Shown here in pieces: positions 50,973 to 59,079 of a stretch of 64,000 bases of DNA. How positions within the stretch are numbered: position 1 is the first letter of the stretch; each line of letters begins with the position of its first letter. Source of the DNA: an uncultured Bacteroidales bacterium (GTDB taxonomy: Bacteria; Bacteroidota; Bacteroidia; Bacteroidales; Paludibacteraceae); NCBI GenBank assembly GCA_900317885.1, contig ONIM01000006.1, forward strand, positions 6,975 through 70,974, in the 5' to 3' direction. The notes under the pieces were generated by a model. That model had not been told where the DNA came from. It did no database searches and was given only the letters and a program-made list of their open reading frames with translations. Made by a program: the position numbers and the translations under genes.

Positions 50973-52235
50973 TTAATCGTTAGCAAACTCCGCCGCCAAG
51001 ATGCGAAGCACCTCGTCGATGGTCTCCTCCTCGAGGTCCGTACGACGCAGCAAGTCTTCCTTGCTCGTACCCAGTACCTCTTTGGCGGTGTCCAGACCGA
51101 TTGCCTTGAACGCGTCGATGACCCACTGATCGATCTCGTCGTTGAACTCGTCGAGATAGATATCGTCCATATCCTCCTCGTCGATCTCACGGTAAACATC
51201 AATCTCGTAGCCCGTCAGCATGGACGCCAACTTCACGTTATATCCGCCCTTACCGATAGCGAGGCTCACCTCGTCCGGCAGCAGATACACGTTCGCCTTC
51301 TTGTTCTCCTCGTCGATCTCCATCGTACGGATCTTCGCAGGAGCCAGCGCACGCTGGATATAAAGGTTGATGTTCGGCGTGTAGTTAATCACGTCGATGT
51401 TCTCGTTACGCAACTCGCGCACGATTCCATGAATTCGCGCACCCTTGACGCCCACACAAGCGCCTACCGGATCAATACGATCGTCGAAGGTCTCAACCGC
51501 CACTTTGGCACGCTCACCCGGAATGCGGGCGATGTTCTTGATCGCAATCAGACCCTCTTTCACCTCCGGCACCTCTTGCTCGAACAACCGCTGCAGGAAC
51601 AACGGAGCCGTGCGGCTCAGGATGATCTTCGGGTTCTGGTTCTTGTTGTCCACCTGTACCACTACGGCGCGAACCATCTCTCCCTTGCGGTAGAAATCCG
51701 TCGGAATCTGGTTCTGCTTCGGCAGGTAGAGCTCGTTGCCTTCTTCGTCAAGCAGCAACATCTCTTTCTTCCACACCTGATACAACTCACCCGTCACAAC
51801 CTGACCGATCATCTCTTTGTACTTCTGATAAAGCACCTCTTTCTGCAGCTCCAGGATCTTCGATGCCAAGGTCTGACGCAGGTTCAGGATCATACGGCGG
51901 CCAAACGAAGCCAGCTCCACTTTATCCGTCACCTCTTCGCCGATCTCTGCTTCGTCATCCAACAGGAGTGCATCGCTCAGCGCAATCTGCGTATCCGGGT
52001 TCGCCACGTCGCCATCCTCCATCACCAGACGGTTACGGTAGATCTCCAAGTCACCCTTGTCCGGGTTCACGATCACCGTGTAGTCCGCCGTCGGACCGTA
52101 CATCTTTGCAATAACGCTCTTGAACGACTCCTCCAACACCGTGATAAGGGTCTGCTTGTCAATGCGTTTGAAGTCTTTAAACTCCGAGAAAATGTCAATC
52201 AAATTGATCGACTCTTGTTTTTTTTCTGTTGCCAT
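50973..52235 (-). CDS. nusA: Transcription termination/antitermination factor NusA
   Basis: S1 and KH domains (GEMVRAVVVQVD..., RIDPVGACVGVKGARI, AIGKGGYNVKLAS). 420 aa. Confidence 0.95.
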   Translation of the reverse strand: MATEKKQESINLIDIFSEFKDFKRIDKQTLITVLEESFKSVIAKMYGPTADYTVIVNPDKGDLEIYRNRLVMEDGDVANPDTQIALSDALLLDDEAEIGEEVTDKVELASFGRRMILNLRQTLASKILELQKEVLYQKYKEMIGQVVTGELYQVWKKEMLLLDEEGNELYLPKQNQIPTDFYRKGEMVRAVVVQVDNKNQNPKIILSRTAPLFLQRLFEQEVPEVKEGLIAIKNIARIPGERAKVAVETFDDRIDPVGACVGVKGARIHGIVRELRNENIDVINYTPNINLYIQRALAPAKIRTMEIDEENKKANVYLLPDEVSLAIGKGGYNVKLASMLTGYEIDVYREIDEEDMDDIYLDEFNDEIDQWVIDAFKAIGLDTAKEVLGTSKEDLLRRTDLEEETIDEVLRILAAEFAND

Positions 52236-52800
52236 TTTTTGATATATTGTTAAATTTATTTCTCTTTATCTCTTGGGCTTCTAGGGCTTCTAGTTCCTCT
52301 AGTTCCTCTAGTTCCTCTAGTTCCTCTAGTGTATGCGTCACGATCTGCGTCTTAGGACCTTTGTACTTGGTACTTTGTCCCTTGGTACTTACTTTTACTT
52401 TCTCCTCGCAATCTACCGAGAACGTTTCCTCATCCACGCTCACCAGCTGCCCTTTGTACTTGGTACTTTGTCCCTTTGTACTTATCATCACCTCCACGTC
52501 ATGCCCTAAATTCTTCTCATACTGCATCTTCGTCTTGAACGGATCCGTCAGACTCACACTTCCCACCTCCAACGAGTAATCAAATTCAGTCTGTGCTCTG
52601 TCAGCATAGCGGTCTTCTATCTTCTCCACTAAAAATCGGTTCAGCTCCGCGCAGAAATCTACATCCACACCTGCCAGCCGATCGACCTCCACGAGGATAT
52701 CATTCCCCGCAGACACCTCCAGCGTGATCAACTCATAATCCGTACCCTTCAGATACTCTTCAATCCATTCTTGTAACTGTTCTTTCAAATTCATAATCAT
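52195..52800 (-). CDS. rimP: Ribosome maturation factor RimP with repeat-derived internal duplication and C-terminal extension
   Basis: N-terminal RimP-like region (YELITLEVSAGNDILVEVDRLAGVDVDFCAELNRFL). 201 aa versus ~155 typical. The tail reads through a 9-mer array and overlaps nusA by 41 nt. Confidence 0.8.
   Translation of the reverse strand: MIMNLKEQLQEWIEEYLKGTDYELITLEVSAGNDILVEVDRLAGVDVDFCAELNRFLVEKIEDRYADRAQTEFDYSLEVGSVSLTDPFKTKMQYEKNLGHDVEVMISTKGQSTKYKGQLVSVDEETFSVDCEEKVKVSTKGQSTKYKGPKTQIVTHTLEELEELEELEELEALEAQEIKRNKFNNISKNGNRKKTRVDQFD
52275..52328 (+). repeat. 9-nt tandem array x6 (GGGCTTCTA x2, GTTCCTCTA x4), translated on the minus strand as LEELEELEELEELEALEA
   Basis: Read directly. 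The unit length is a multiple of three. Confidence 0.95.
52358..52486 (+). repeat. Two copies of CCTTTGTACTTGGTACTTTGTCCC(T)T(G/T)GTACTTA about 92 nt apart inside rimP
   Basis: Copies at 52358-52392 and 52450-52486. Each encodes STKGQSTKYKG on the minus strand. Confidence 0.92.
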
Positions 52801-52801
52801 T

Positions 52802-52836
52802 CCCCCTTCCCTTTAGGGAGGGGCCGGGGGTAGGCG
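52802..52836 (+). repeat. GC-rich palindromic element, variant form (CCCCCTTCCC-TTTA-GGGAGGGG + CCGGGGGTAGGCG), abutting the rimP start codon
   Basis: Read directly. It begins 1 nt beyond the rimP ATG at 52800. Confidence 0.9.
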
Positions 52837-52893
52837 TATTTTTTATGCAAGCGAGGGAACTCCTTTCGGGGTCCCCTCATTCAATTCACGCTG

Positions 52894-52901
52894 CAAAGAT
52901 A
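52894..52901 (-). promoter_or_regulatory. -7 promoter box (TATCTTTG on minus strand) for rimP-nusA-infB
   Basis: Plus-strand CAAAGATA about 95 nt upstream of the rimP ATG. Confidence 0.45.
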
Positions 52902-53020
52902 CTACAAAAAAATCAAATACGCAAATATTTGGGCAAAAAAAATCATTTTGCTTGCATTTTTGATTGTTTTTTGGCTAAATAGTTGCTCTTTAAGTACCCC
53001 CCCTGCTTAACCCATCAACT

Positions 53021-53147
53021 CCCCCAATATACCCCAATATATCCCCAATACAACCCCAATATGCCCCCAATACACCCCCCTAACAAGACCCTAACAAGAC
53101 CCTCACCATAGGATCACCATAAGATGACCATAGGATCACCATAGGAT
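53021..53147 (+). repeat. Mosaic of three adjacent degenerate tandem arrays: CCCCAATAT(n) x5, CTAACAAGACC x2, CACCATAGGAT x4
   Basis: Read directly in the 640-nt noncoding rimP-mfd spacer. Periods are about 10-11 nt. Confidence 0.92.
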
Positions 53148-53474
53148 GAAACCCCTATTTTGTCATTTTGGCAACTTTTACTATATATACGTAGTATATA
53201 TACTTTTTGTTTTTATTTTTTATTTGTGTATGTCATTTTTTTTTCGTAACTTCGGACATCTGCCTTTTTGTTTCCCTCTTCTCTCTCCCTCCCTAAACAA
53301 AAATTCCCCCGTAGCTACGTTCGCATCCTGCTGTGTATACGCAAATTAGCGATTTTTTGCTTCCCGCGTCATTCTTCCGCTGTGGATAATTAAAGAGCCT
53401 AAGTTTTACTTACGTGAGTATATGCCCCGTAGAGACCGTAGTTTCCGTGCAGGGGGCACGGACGGAAGGGCGCG

Positions 53475-56400
53475 TTGGGGACAGAGCTGATCCGACGGGA
53501 GTTAGGACGAGGCAAGGACACACATGTGCTTGTCTCCGGCTTGCATGCTTCTGCACGCGCGCTCGCGCTCGCTGCGCTCAACACGCCCCTATTCATCATC
53601 TTAGATAACTCCGAAGCAGCACAATACCTCTACGCAGACCTCAAGAACATAAAAAACGCCTCCGGCAATCAAAACACAGAGGTTTTCTTCTTCCCGCACA
53701 GCCAGAAACGGCGCGCAGTAGATGAGGCAGCCCAGATCCAACGCACAGAGACCCTCACGGCGCTCACAACAACCGGCAACCGGATTATCGTCACATACCC
53801 CGAAGCAATCGCAGAACCTGTCCCGGCAAAAGAGGAACTCTCTGCAGTCAGCGTACAATACCGCGTCGGACAAGAGATACAACAATCTGCCCTCAGTTCC
53901 CAACTCTTAGAATTAGGCTTTGAGCGCGTGGATTTTGTCTTCCAACCCGGTCAATACGCCGTGCGCGGATCCATCGTGGATATCTATAGTTACAGCCACG
54001 ACACGCCTTTCCGCTTGGATTTCTTCGGCGATGAGATAGATAGTATCCGCGAGTTCGACATCGAAGACCAACTCTCGAAGAACCGCGTCAACCTCTGTGA
54101 GATAGTGGGTAAGGGCCAAAAAGACGATGCTTCAGACACAAAAGCCTCCATCGTGGATTACCTGCCCTCCGAGGCCATCTGGGTCTCGAATGACTTCTCC
54201 GTCGTTCGCTACAAACTGGAAGGCCTGGGACACCAAGGGCTCCTCGGGAATCTAGAGCATCTAAAAACCATCGAAATCTCCGAGAAGAGCACCTTCCCGA
54301 CGCACTCGAAGATCGCCTTCGACACCCTGCCGCAGCCAATCTTCCATAAGCAGTTTGATCTCCTTACGGAGGACATCCAAAAGCACATCGAAGAAGGCTA
54401 CAAGATCTACATCCTCGCCGAGCAGCAGAAACAACTCGACCGCCTGAAATCCATTTTTGAATCTGTCAGTCCGGAGGCGGTCTCATTCCAAGGCATCAAC
54501 GCCGCCCTCCACGAAGGATTTGTAGATCGCGGACTGAAAATCTGCTGCTACACCGACCACCAGATCTTCGAGCGTTTCCACCGCGTACAGATGACCAGCG
54601 AGAATGCCCGACGCGGCAAAGCGATCATCACACTTCGTGAGATCAACCAGCTACAGATAGGCGACTACGTCGTACACTCCGATCACGGAATAGCGAAATT
54701 CGGCGGACTCGTCACCACGCCTGTGAACGGCAAACCGCAGGAGATGATCAAACTGAACTACCGCGACGGAGCGAATGTCTTTGTCAGCATCCATAACCTC
54801 CATCGCATCAGCAAATACAAAGGCCGTGAAGGCTCAGAACCCACCATCGCACGCTTAGGTTCCGGTGCGTGGGAACGGCTCAAAGAGCGGACCAAAGACA
54901 AAGTCAAAGACATAGCGCGCGACCTCATCCGTCTCTACGCGACCCGCAAACAACAGAAAGGTTTCGCGTGCGCACCGGACGGATACATGCAACACGAATT
55001 GGAGGCCTCTTTCCTCTATGAGGACACGCCCGATCAGGCAAAAGCAACCGCGGACGTAAAGCGCGATCTCGAGAGCCCGATGCCTATGGACCGACTTGTA
55101 TGCGGAGATGTGGGATTCGGCAAAACCGAAGTAGCCATGCGGGCGGCCTTCAAAGTAGCGACGGAAGGCAAACAAGTAGCTGTACTCGTACCGACTACCG
55201 TCCTTGCCCTCCAGCACTACAATACCTTCACGGAGCGAATGAAGAACTTCCCCGTGCGCATTGAGTACATGAGCCGGCTCAAGTCCGCCAAGGAGATCAA
55301 AGAACTCTTAGTGGATCTCAAGGCAGGAAAGATAGATATCCTCATCGGAACCCATAAACTCATCGGCAAATCCGTGGAGTGGCACGACTTAGGCTTGCTC
55401 ATCATCGATGAGGAGCAGAAGTTCGGCGTGGCAGCCAAAGAGAAACTCAAATCGCTGCGTGCGAACATTGACGTCCTCACCCTCACGGCAACACCTATAC
55501 CGAGAACGCTCCAATTCTCCTTACTTGGCGCACGCGACCTAAGTGTCATGACTACGCCGCCGCCAAACCGCTATCCCGTTCAGACAGAACTCATCACCGT
55601 CGATGACGAAGATATTATCAAAGAGGCAATCGACTTGGAGATGGGACGTAACGGCCAGATCTTCATCGTCAATAACCGCATTGAGATGCTTCCCCGCATC
55701 GAGCGGAAGATACAGAAACTCTGCCCGGAAGCACGTATCATCACGGCGCACGGACAACTCCCTGCAGGAGAGATGGAAGAGCGGCTCGAAGCGTTCATCA
55801 ACTACGACTACGACATCCTCCTCTCGACAACCATCATCGAGTCCGGAGTGGATATACCGAACGTGAACACGATCCTCATCTTCTCCGCCAACCATTATGG
55901 TCTGGCAGACTTGCACCAACTACGAGGACGTGTCGGACGTTCGAACCGCAAAGCCTACTGCTACCTCATCGCGCCGGAGAAAGAGCTGCTCACAGATGAT
56001 GCGCGCAGAAGACTCGAAGCCCTCAGTACCTTCGCTGAACTCGGAGCAGGATTCAACCTTGCGATGCAAGACCTTGACATCCGAGGAGCAGGAAACATGC
56101 TCGGTTCCGAGCAATCAGGTTTCATTGCCGACCTCGGTTACGAGACCTACCAGCGTATCCTCAACGAAGCGATCGAAGAACTCCGCGAAGAAGAAGGATT
56201 AGGAGATGATAGGTTGAATGGATCAGAGGATTCCGCTAACCCGCTAACCACTAACCCGCTAACCCGTCTTTGGTGCTCCGATGCACAGGTAGAGACCGAC
56301 ATCGCCGTGTGTTTCCCGACAGATTACATCGAGAACATCTCCGAGCGTATCACCCTCTACCGCGAGTTGGATAACTTACGCAGTGAAGACCAACTCTTGG

Positions 56401-56753
56401 ACTACCGCAAGCGGCTCATAGACCGTTTCGGCGTCCTGCCGCAGCCCGCAGAAGAACTCTTAGACGTCGTGCGCCTCAGATGGCTCTGCTGCCGGCTCGG
56501 TATAGAGAAGATACTCCTCAAAGGAGAACACATGACCATGTACCTTGTCCAGCACAAAGATGCGTTCTGGCAATCACAGGTGTTTGGAAACATGATCCAA
56601 TATGCCGCTACACGCGCTGAACGGTGCTCCCTGCACGAAGAGCGGGATAAGAAAGGCATCAAAACCGGCAGAAGGTATATCACCATTACCAACGTCAAGA
56701 CGATTAATGGAGCCATTACCCTGCTTTCAAAAATCGAAAAAGGAGAAATTTGA
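53475..56753 (+). CDS. mfd: Transcription-repair coupling factor Mfd
   Basis: TTG start. There is no in-frame ATG in the first ~100 codons, and an upstream in-frame stop lies at 53439. CarD-like region, helicase motifs GDVGFGKTEVA, IIDEEQKFG, TATPIPRT, QLRGRVGR. 1092 aa. Confidence 0.93.
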   Translation: MGTELIRRELGRGKDTHVLVSGLHASARALALAALNTPLFIILDNSEAAQYLYADLKNIKNASGNQNTEVFFFPHSQKRRAVDEAAQIQRTETLTALTTTGNRIIVTYPEAIAEPVPAKEELSAVSVQYRVGQEIQQSALSSQLLELGFERVDFVFQPGQYAVRGSIVDIYSYSHDTPFRLDFFGDEIDSIREFDIEDQLSKNRVNLCEIVGKGQKDDASDTKASIVDYLPSEAIWVSNDFSVVRYKLEGLGHQGLLGNLEHLKTIEISEKSTFPTHSKIAFDTLPQPIFHKQFDLLTEDIQKHIEEGYKIYILAEQQKQLDRLKSIFESVSPEAVSFQGINAALHEGFVDRGLKICCYTDHQIFERFHRVQMTSENARRGKAIITLREINQLQIGDYVVHSDHGIAKFGGLVTTPVNGKPQEMIKLNYRDGANVFVSIHNLHRISKYKGREGSEPTIARLGSGAWERLKERTKDKVKDIARDLIRLYATRKQQKGFACAPDGYMQHELEASFLYEDTPDQAKATADVKRDLESPMPMDRLVCGDVGFGKTEVAMRAAFKVATEGKQVAVLVPTTVLALQHYNTFTERMKNFPVRIEYMSRLKSAKEIKELLVDLKAGKIDILIGTHKLIGKSVEWHDLGLLIIDEEQKFGVAAKEKLKSLRANIDVLTLTATPIPRTLQFSLLGARDLSVMTTPPPNRYPVQTELITVDDEDIIKEAIDLEMGRNGQIFIVNNRIEMLPRIERKIQKLCPEARIITAHGQLPAGEMEERLEAFINYDYDILLSTTIIESGVDIPNVNTILIFSANHYGLADLHQLRGRVGRSNRKAYCYLIAPEKELLTDDARRRLEALSTFAELGAGFNLAMQDLDIRGAGNMLGSEQSGFIADLGYETYQRILNEAIEELREEEGLGDDRLNGSEDSANPLTTNPLTRLWCSDAQVETDIAVCFPTDYIENISERITLYRELDNLRSEDQLLDYRKRLIDRFGVLPQPAEELLDVVRLRWLCCRLGIEKILLKGEHMTMYLVQHKDAFWQSQVFGNMIQYAATRAERCSLHEERDKKGIKTGRRYITITNVKTINGAITLLSKIEKGEI
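56234..56266 (+). repeat. 8/7-nt tandem array (CGCTAACC x3, ACTAACC x1) in frame in mfd
   Basis: cgctaacc cgctaacc actaacc cgctaacc cg. Encodes ANPLTTNPLTR. Reverse complement of the GGTTAGCG units at 34602. Confidence 0.92.
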
Positions 56754-56787
56754 AATCATAAATTTGAAATCCTAAATATGAAATTCA
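56746..56787 (+). repeat. 14-nt tandem array x3 (AAATTTGAAATCAT-type) spanning the mfd stop and the kdsB start
   Basis: The mfd TGA (56751-56753) is in unit 1. The kdsB ATG (56778-56780) is in unit 3. Confidence 0.93.
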
Positions 56788-57524
56788 TAGGCATCATTCC
56801 TGCCCGCTACGCTTCCACGCGTTTCCCGGGCAAACCCTTAGCAGAGATTTGCGGCAAGACGGTCATCCGCCGCGTCTATGAGCAAGCCTGCAAAGCCCTC
56901 GACACCGTCGTGGTAGCCACCGACGACGAGAGGATATACGAGGCCGTAGAAAACTTCGGCGGTAAAGTGGTAATTACGCGCCCTGACCATAAATGCGGAA
57001 CCGACCGATGCTTGGAGGCGTACCAAGGCATCACCACACCGACCTGGCGCGAGCAGAACGACAAAGACACCGTCATCATCAATATCCAAGGTGACGAACC
57101 CTTCATCCAGCCCGAGCAGATAGAATCGCTCATGGCTTGTTTTGACCGCCCGGATACAGACATAGCGACACTCGTACAACCCTTTGCGGAAGATAAGAAC
57201 GCCATCGAAAACCCCAACTCACCCAAAGTGAATTGGGACGTAGAGACCCAAGAAGCGAAGATGTTCTCCCGCAAAGTAATCGCTGCTTCGGACGGCAAGT
57301 ACTACAAGCACATAGGCATCTATGCTTACCGCGCAGATGTACTCAGCAAAATAACCACTTTACCGCAAAGTCCATTAGAGATCGCTGAGCGCCTCGAACA
57401 ACTCCGATGGCTCGAGAACGGCTACAAGATACGTGTCGGCGTGACCACACAATCCACCATCGGCATCGATACGCCCGAAGACCTCGAGAAAGCCATCGAG
57501 TGGTACAAATATAACGGAAATTAA
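56778..57524 (+). CDS. kdsB: 3-deoxy-manno-octulosonate cytidylyltransferase (CMP-KDO synthetase)
   Basis: MKFIGIIPARYASTRFPGKPL, VVATDDERI, NIQGDEPF motifs. 248 aa. Confidence 0.94.
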   Translation: MKFIGIIPARYASTRFPGKPLAEICGKTVIRRVYEQACKALDTVVVATDDERIYEAVENFGGKVVITRPDHKCGTDRCLEAYQGITTPTWREQNDKDTVIINIQGDEPFIQPEQIESLMACFDRPDTDIATLVQPFAEDKNAIENPNSPKVNWDVETQEAKMFSRKVIAASDGKYYKHIGIYAYRADVLSKITTLPQSPLEIAERLEQLRWLENGYKIRVGVTTQSTIGIDTPEDLEKAIEWYKYNGN

Positions 57525-57556
57525 CGTAATTACGGAATTACGGAATCACGAAATAT
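57515..57556 (+). repeat. 8-nt tandem array (CGGAATTA/CGTAATTA/CGGAATCA/CGAAATAT) starting in the last codons of kdsB
   Basis: cggaaattaa cgtaatta cggaatta cggaatca cgaaatat. Contains the kdsB TAA. Confidence 0.88.
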
Positions 57557-57583
57557 ATTAACCTTATAAAACACAAAACAATT

Positions 57584-58303
57584 ATGGCAAAAGAAAATTG
57601 TCCTACTCCGCACATCGGTGCGCAGTACGGAGAGATTGCAAAAACAATGATCATGGCCGGTGACCCGCTGCGTGCCAAACTGATGGCAGAGCGCTACCTG
57701 GAGAACCCGGTACAAGTGAACAATGTACGCGGAATGCTCGCATTCACCGGCACATACAAAGGAAAGAAAGTGACCGTCATGGGTCACGGAATGGGTATTC
57801 CGTCCATCGGCATTTACACGTATGAGCTCTTCAATTTCTACGACGTAGAGACCATCATCCGCGTAGGCTCATGCGGCGCACGCCAGATGTACGTGAAACT
57901 CGGCGACCTGGTAATCGCGCAAGGTAGCTGCACCGACAGCAACTGGGACCAGCAATACAACCTCCCGGGTCATTATGCACCGATTGCTGACTTTGAACTC
58001 TGCCGGAAAGCAGTAGAAGCCGCAGAGAAACGCGGCTACAAGTACCATGTCGGAAACGTTTTCTCCGCAGATATATTCTACTGCGAAGACGAACGCAAGG
58101 CGAACTGGACAAAGATGGGTGTTTTGGCGGACGAGATGGAAGCCCCGTCGCTGTACATGAATGCCGCACGTGCAGGCAAAAAAGCCCTCGTGATCTGCAC
58201 CGTCAGCGATCATATTCTCACAGGAGAAGCAACCACGGCAGAGCAACGTCAGAACTCTTTTACAAACATGATGGATGTCGCTTTTGACATCATTAGCGAA
58301 TGA
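57584..58303 (+). CDS. deoD: Purine-nucleoside phosphorylase, DeoD type
   Basis: TPHIGA..., GDPLRAK, GMLAFTGTYKGKKVTVMGHGMGIPS, VGSCGA, EMEAPSLY motifs. 239 aa. Confidence 0.93.
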   Translation: MAKENCPTPHIGAQYGEIAKTMIMAGDPLRAKLMAERYLENPVQVNNVRGMLAFTGTYKGKKVTVMGHGMGIPSIGIYTYELFNFYDVETIIRVGSCGARQMYVKLGDLVIAQGSCTDSNWDQQYNLPGHYAPIADFELCRKAVEAAEKRGYKYHVGNVFSADIFYCEDERKANWTKMGVLADEMEAPSLYMNAARAGKKALVICTVSDHILTGEATTAEQRQNSFTNMMDVAFDIISE

Positions 58304-59031
58304 GAAAAACAATATTTATAATCCTCGTATCAGCCCTTCTGCCCCTGAGTTTGACAGCTCAGGCGCAGGAGGAAACTGATGCGCCAAAAGAGGTCAAGAA
58401 GGCTTCTTCCGGCATCTTCACCGGCTTCTCCGGAGGAATGCTGCTGCACGGCGGTTACCTCTTTGCCAAAGACCCCAGATACGTATTCAGCAACACAGGC
58501 CTGGGTAGCCTGGACTACGTGAAGAACCTGCCGAATGACGGTTTTTGTATGGGCTTGGGCGGTACGCTTCGCGTACACTTAATCAACCATATACACCTGG
58601 GCGCGGAAGGTTTCGTGAGCACCATGCCGCTTATGAAAACCGGTTCGAACGTCCGCACAGGATGGGGAGGCGCGATGTGCGACTTCTACACCGACTGGGG
58701 CAAAGTGCGCCCACTCATCGGTCTGACAGTAGGCGGCGGAGTAATGAAGCGACTCTTCGTGCCGGACGCACCTACCGTCACCAGCGCAGATAGCGAGACG
58801 AACTATAACGCCTCCTACACCAAGACACCGTTCTTCCTGCTCGATCCCTATATCGGCATGGAGATCGGACTTACCGGCCACATGGCACTTATTATTCGCA
58901 TCGACTACATGCTCCCCTTCGGTACCAGCAAGAGCAAACTGACACCCAACGTCGATTGGAGCAATTTTATGACTCCGAGCGGTCCGCGTCTGTACGTAGG
59001 ACTGATGTTCGGCAAAATGAAAAAAGACTAA
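58300..59031 (+). CDS. Hypothetical outer-membrane beta-barrel protein
   Basis: Signal peptide (LSLTAQAQE). Gly/aromatic beta-strand pattern. ATGA overlap with the deoD stop. Confidence 0.65.
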   Translation: MRKTIFIILVSALLPLSLTAQAQEETDAPKEVKKASSGIFTGFSGGMLLHGGYLFAKDPRYVFSNTGLGSLDYVKNLPNDGFCMGLGGTLRVHLINHIHLGAEGFVSTMPLMKTGSNVRTGWGGAMCDFYTDWGKVRPLIGLTVGGGVMKRLFVPDAPTVTSADSETNYNASYTKTPFFLLDPYIGMEIGLTGHMALIIRIDYMLPFGTSKSKLTPNVDWSNFMTPSGPRLYVGLMFGKMKKD

Positions 59032-59044
59032 AAATTTGATATTT

Positions 59045-59076
59045 GAAATTTGACATTTGAAATTCTAAACAATATA
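59045..59076 (+). repeat. 7-nt tandem array x4 (ATTTGAT/ATTTGAA/ATTTGAC/ATTTGAA) upstream of yidC
   Basis: Read directly. Related to the AAATTTGAAAT units at 56746. Confidence 0.9.
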
Positions 59077-59079
59077 TAA

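Noticed and set aside
53146-53349. 67-aa ORF in the rimP-mfd spacer.
   Set aside because: It is a Phe/Tyr/Leu-rich translation of a T-rich, repeat-rich tract, with no promoter box in a suitable position. It is treated as noncoding.
53475-53600. Suspicion that mfd is N-terminally truncated because it starts with TTG and has no ATG for ~100 codons.
   Set aside because: The distance from the TTG to the first conserved N-terminal block (VLVSGLHASARALALAAL) is comparable to that in E. coli Mfd as I recall it. An in-frame stop lies just upstream, so a TTG start is a sufficient explanation.
18384-59076. Possibility that the many short tandem arrays are CRISPR arrays.
   Set aside because: Units are 7-14 nt and directly abutting, with no unique spacers. 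There are only 3-6 copies per site and no cas genes in the window.
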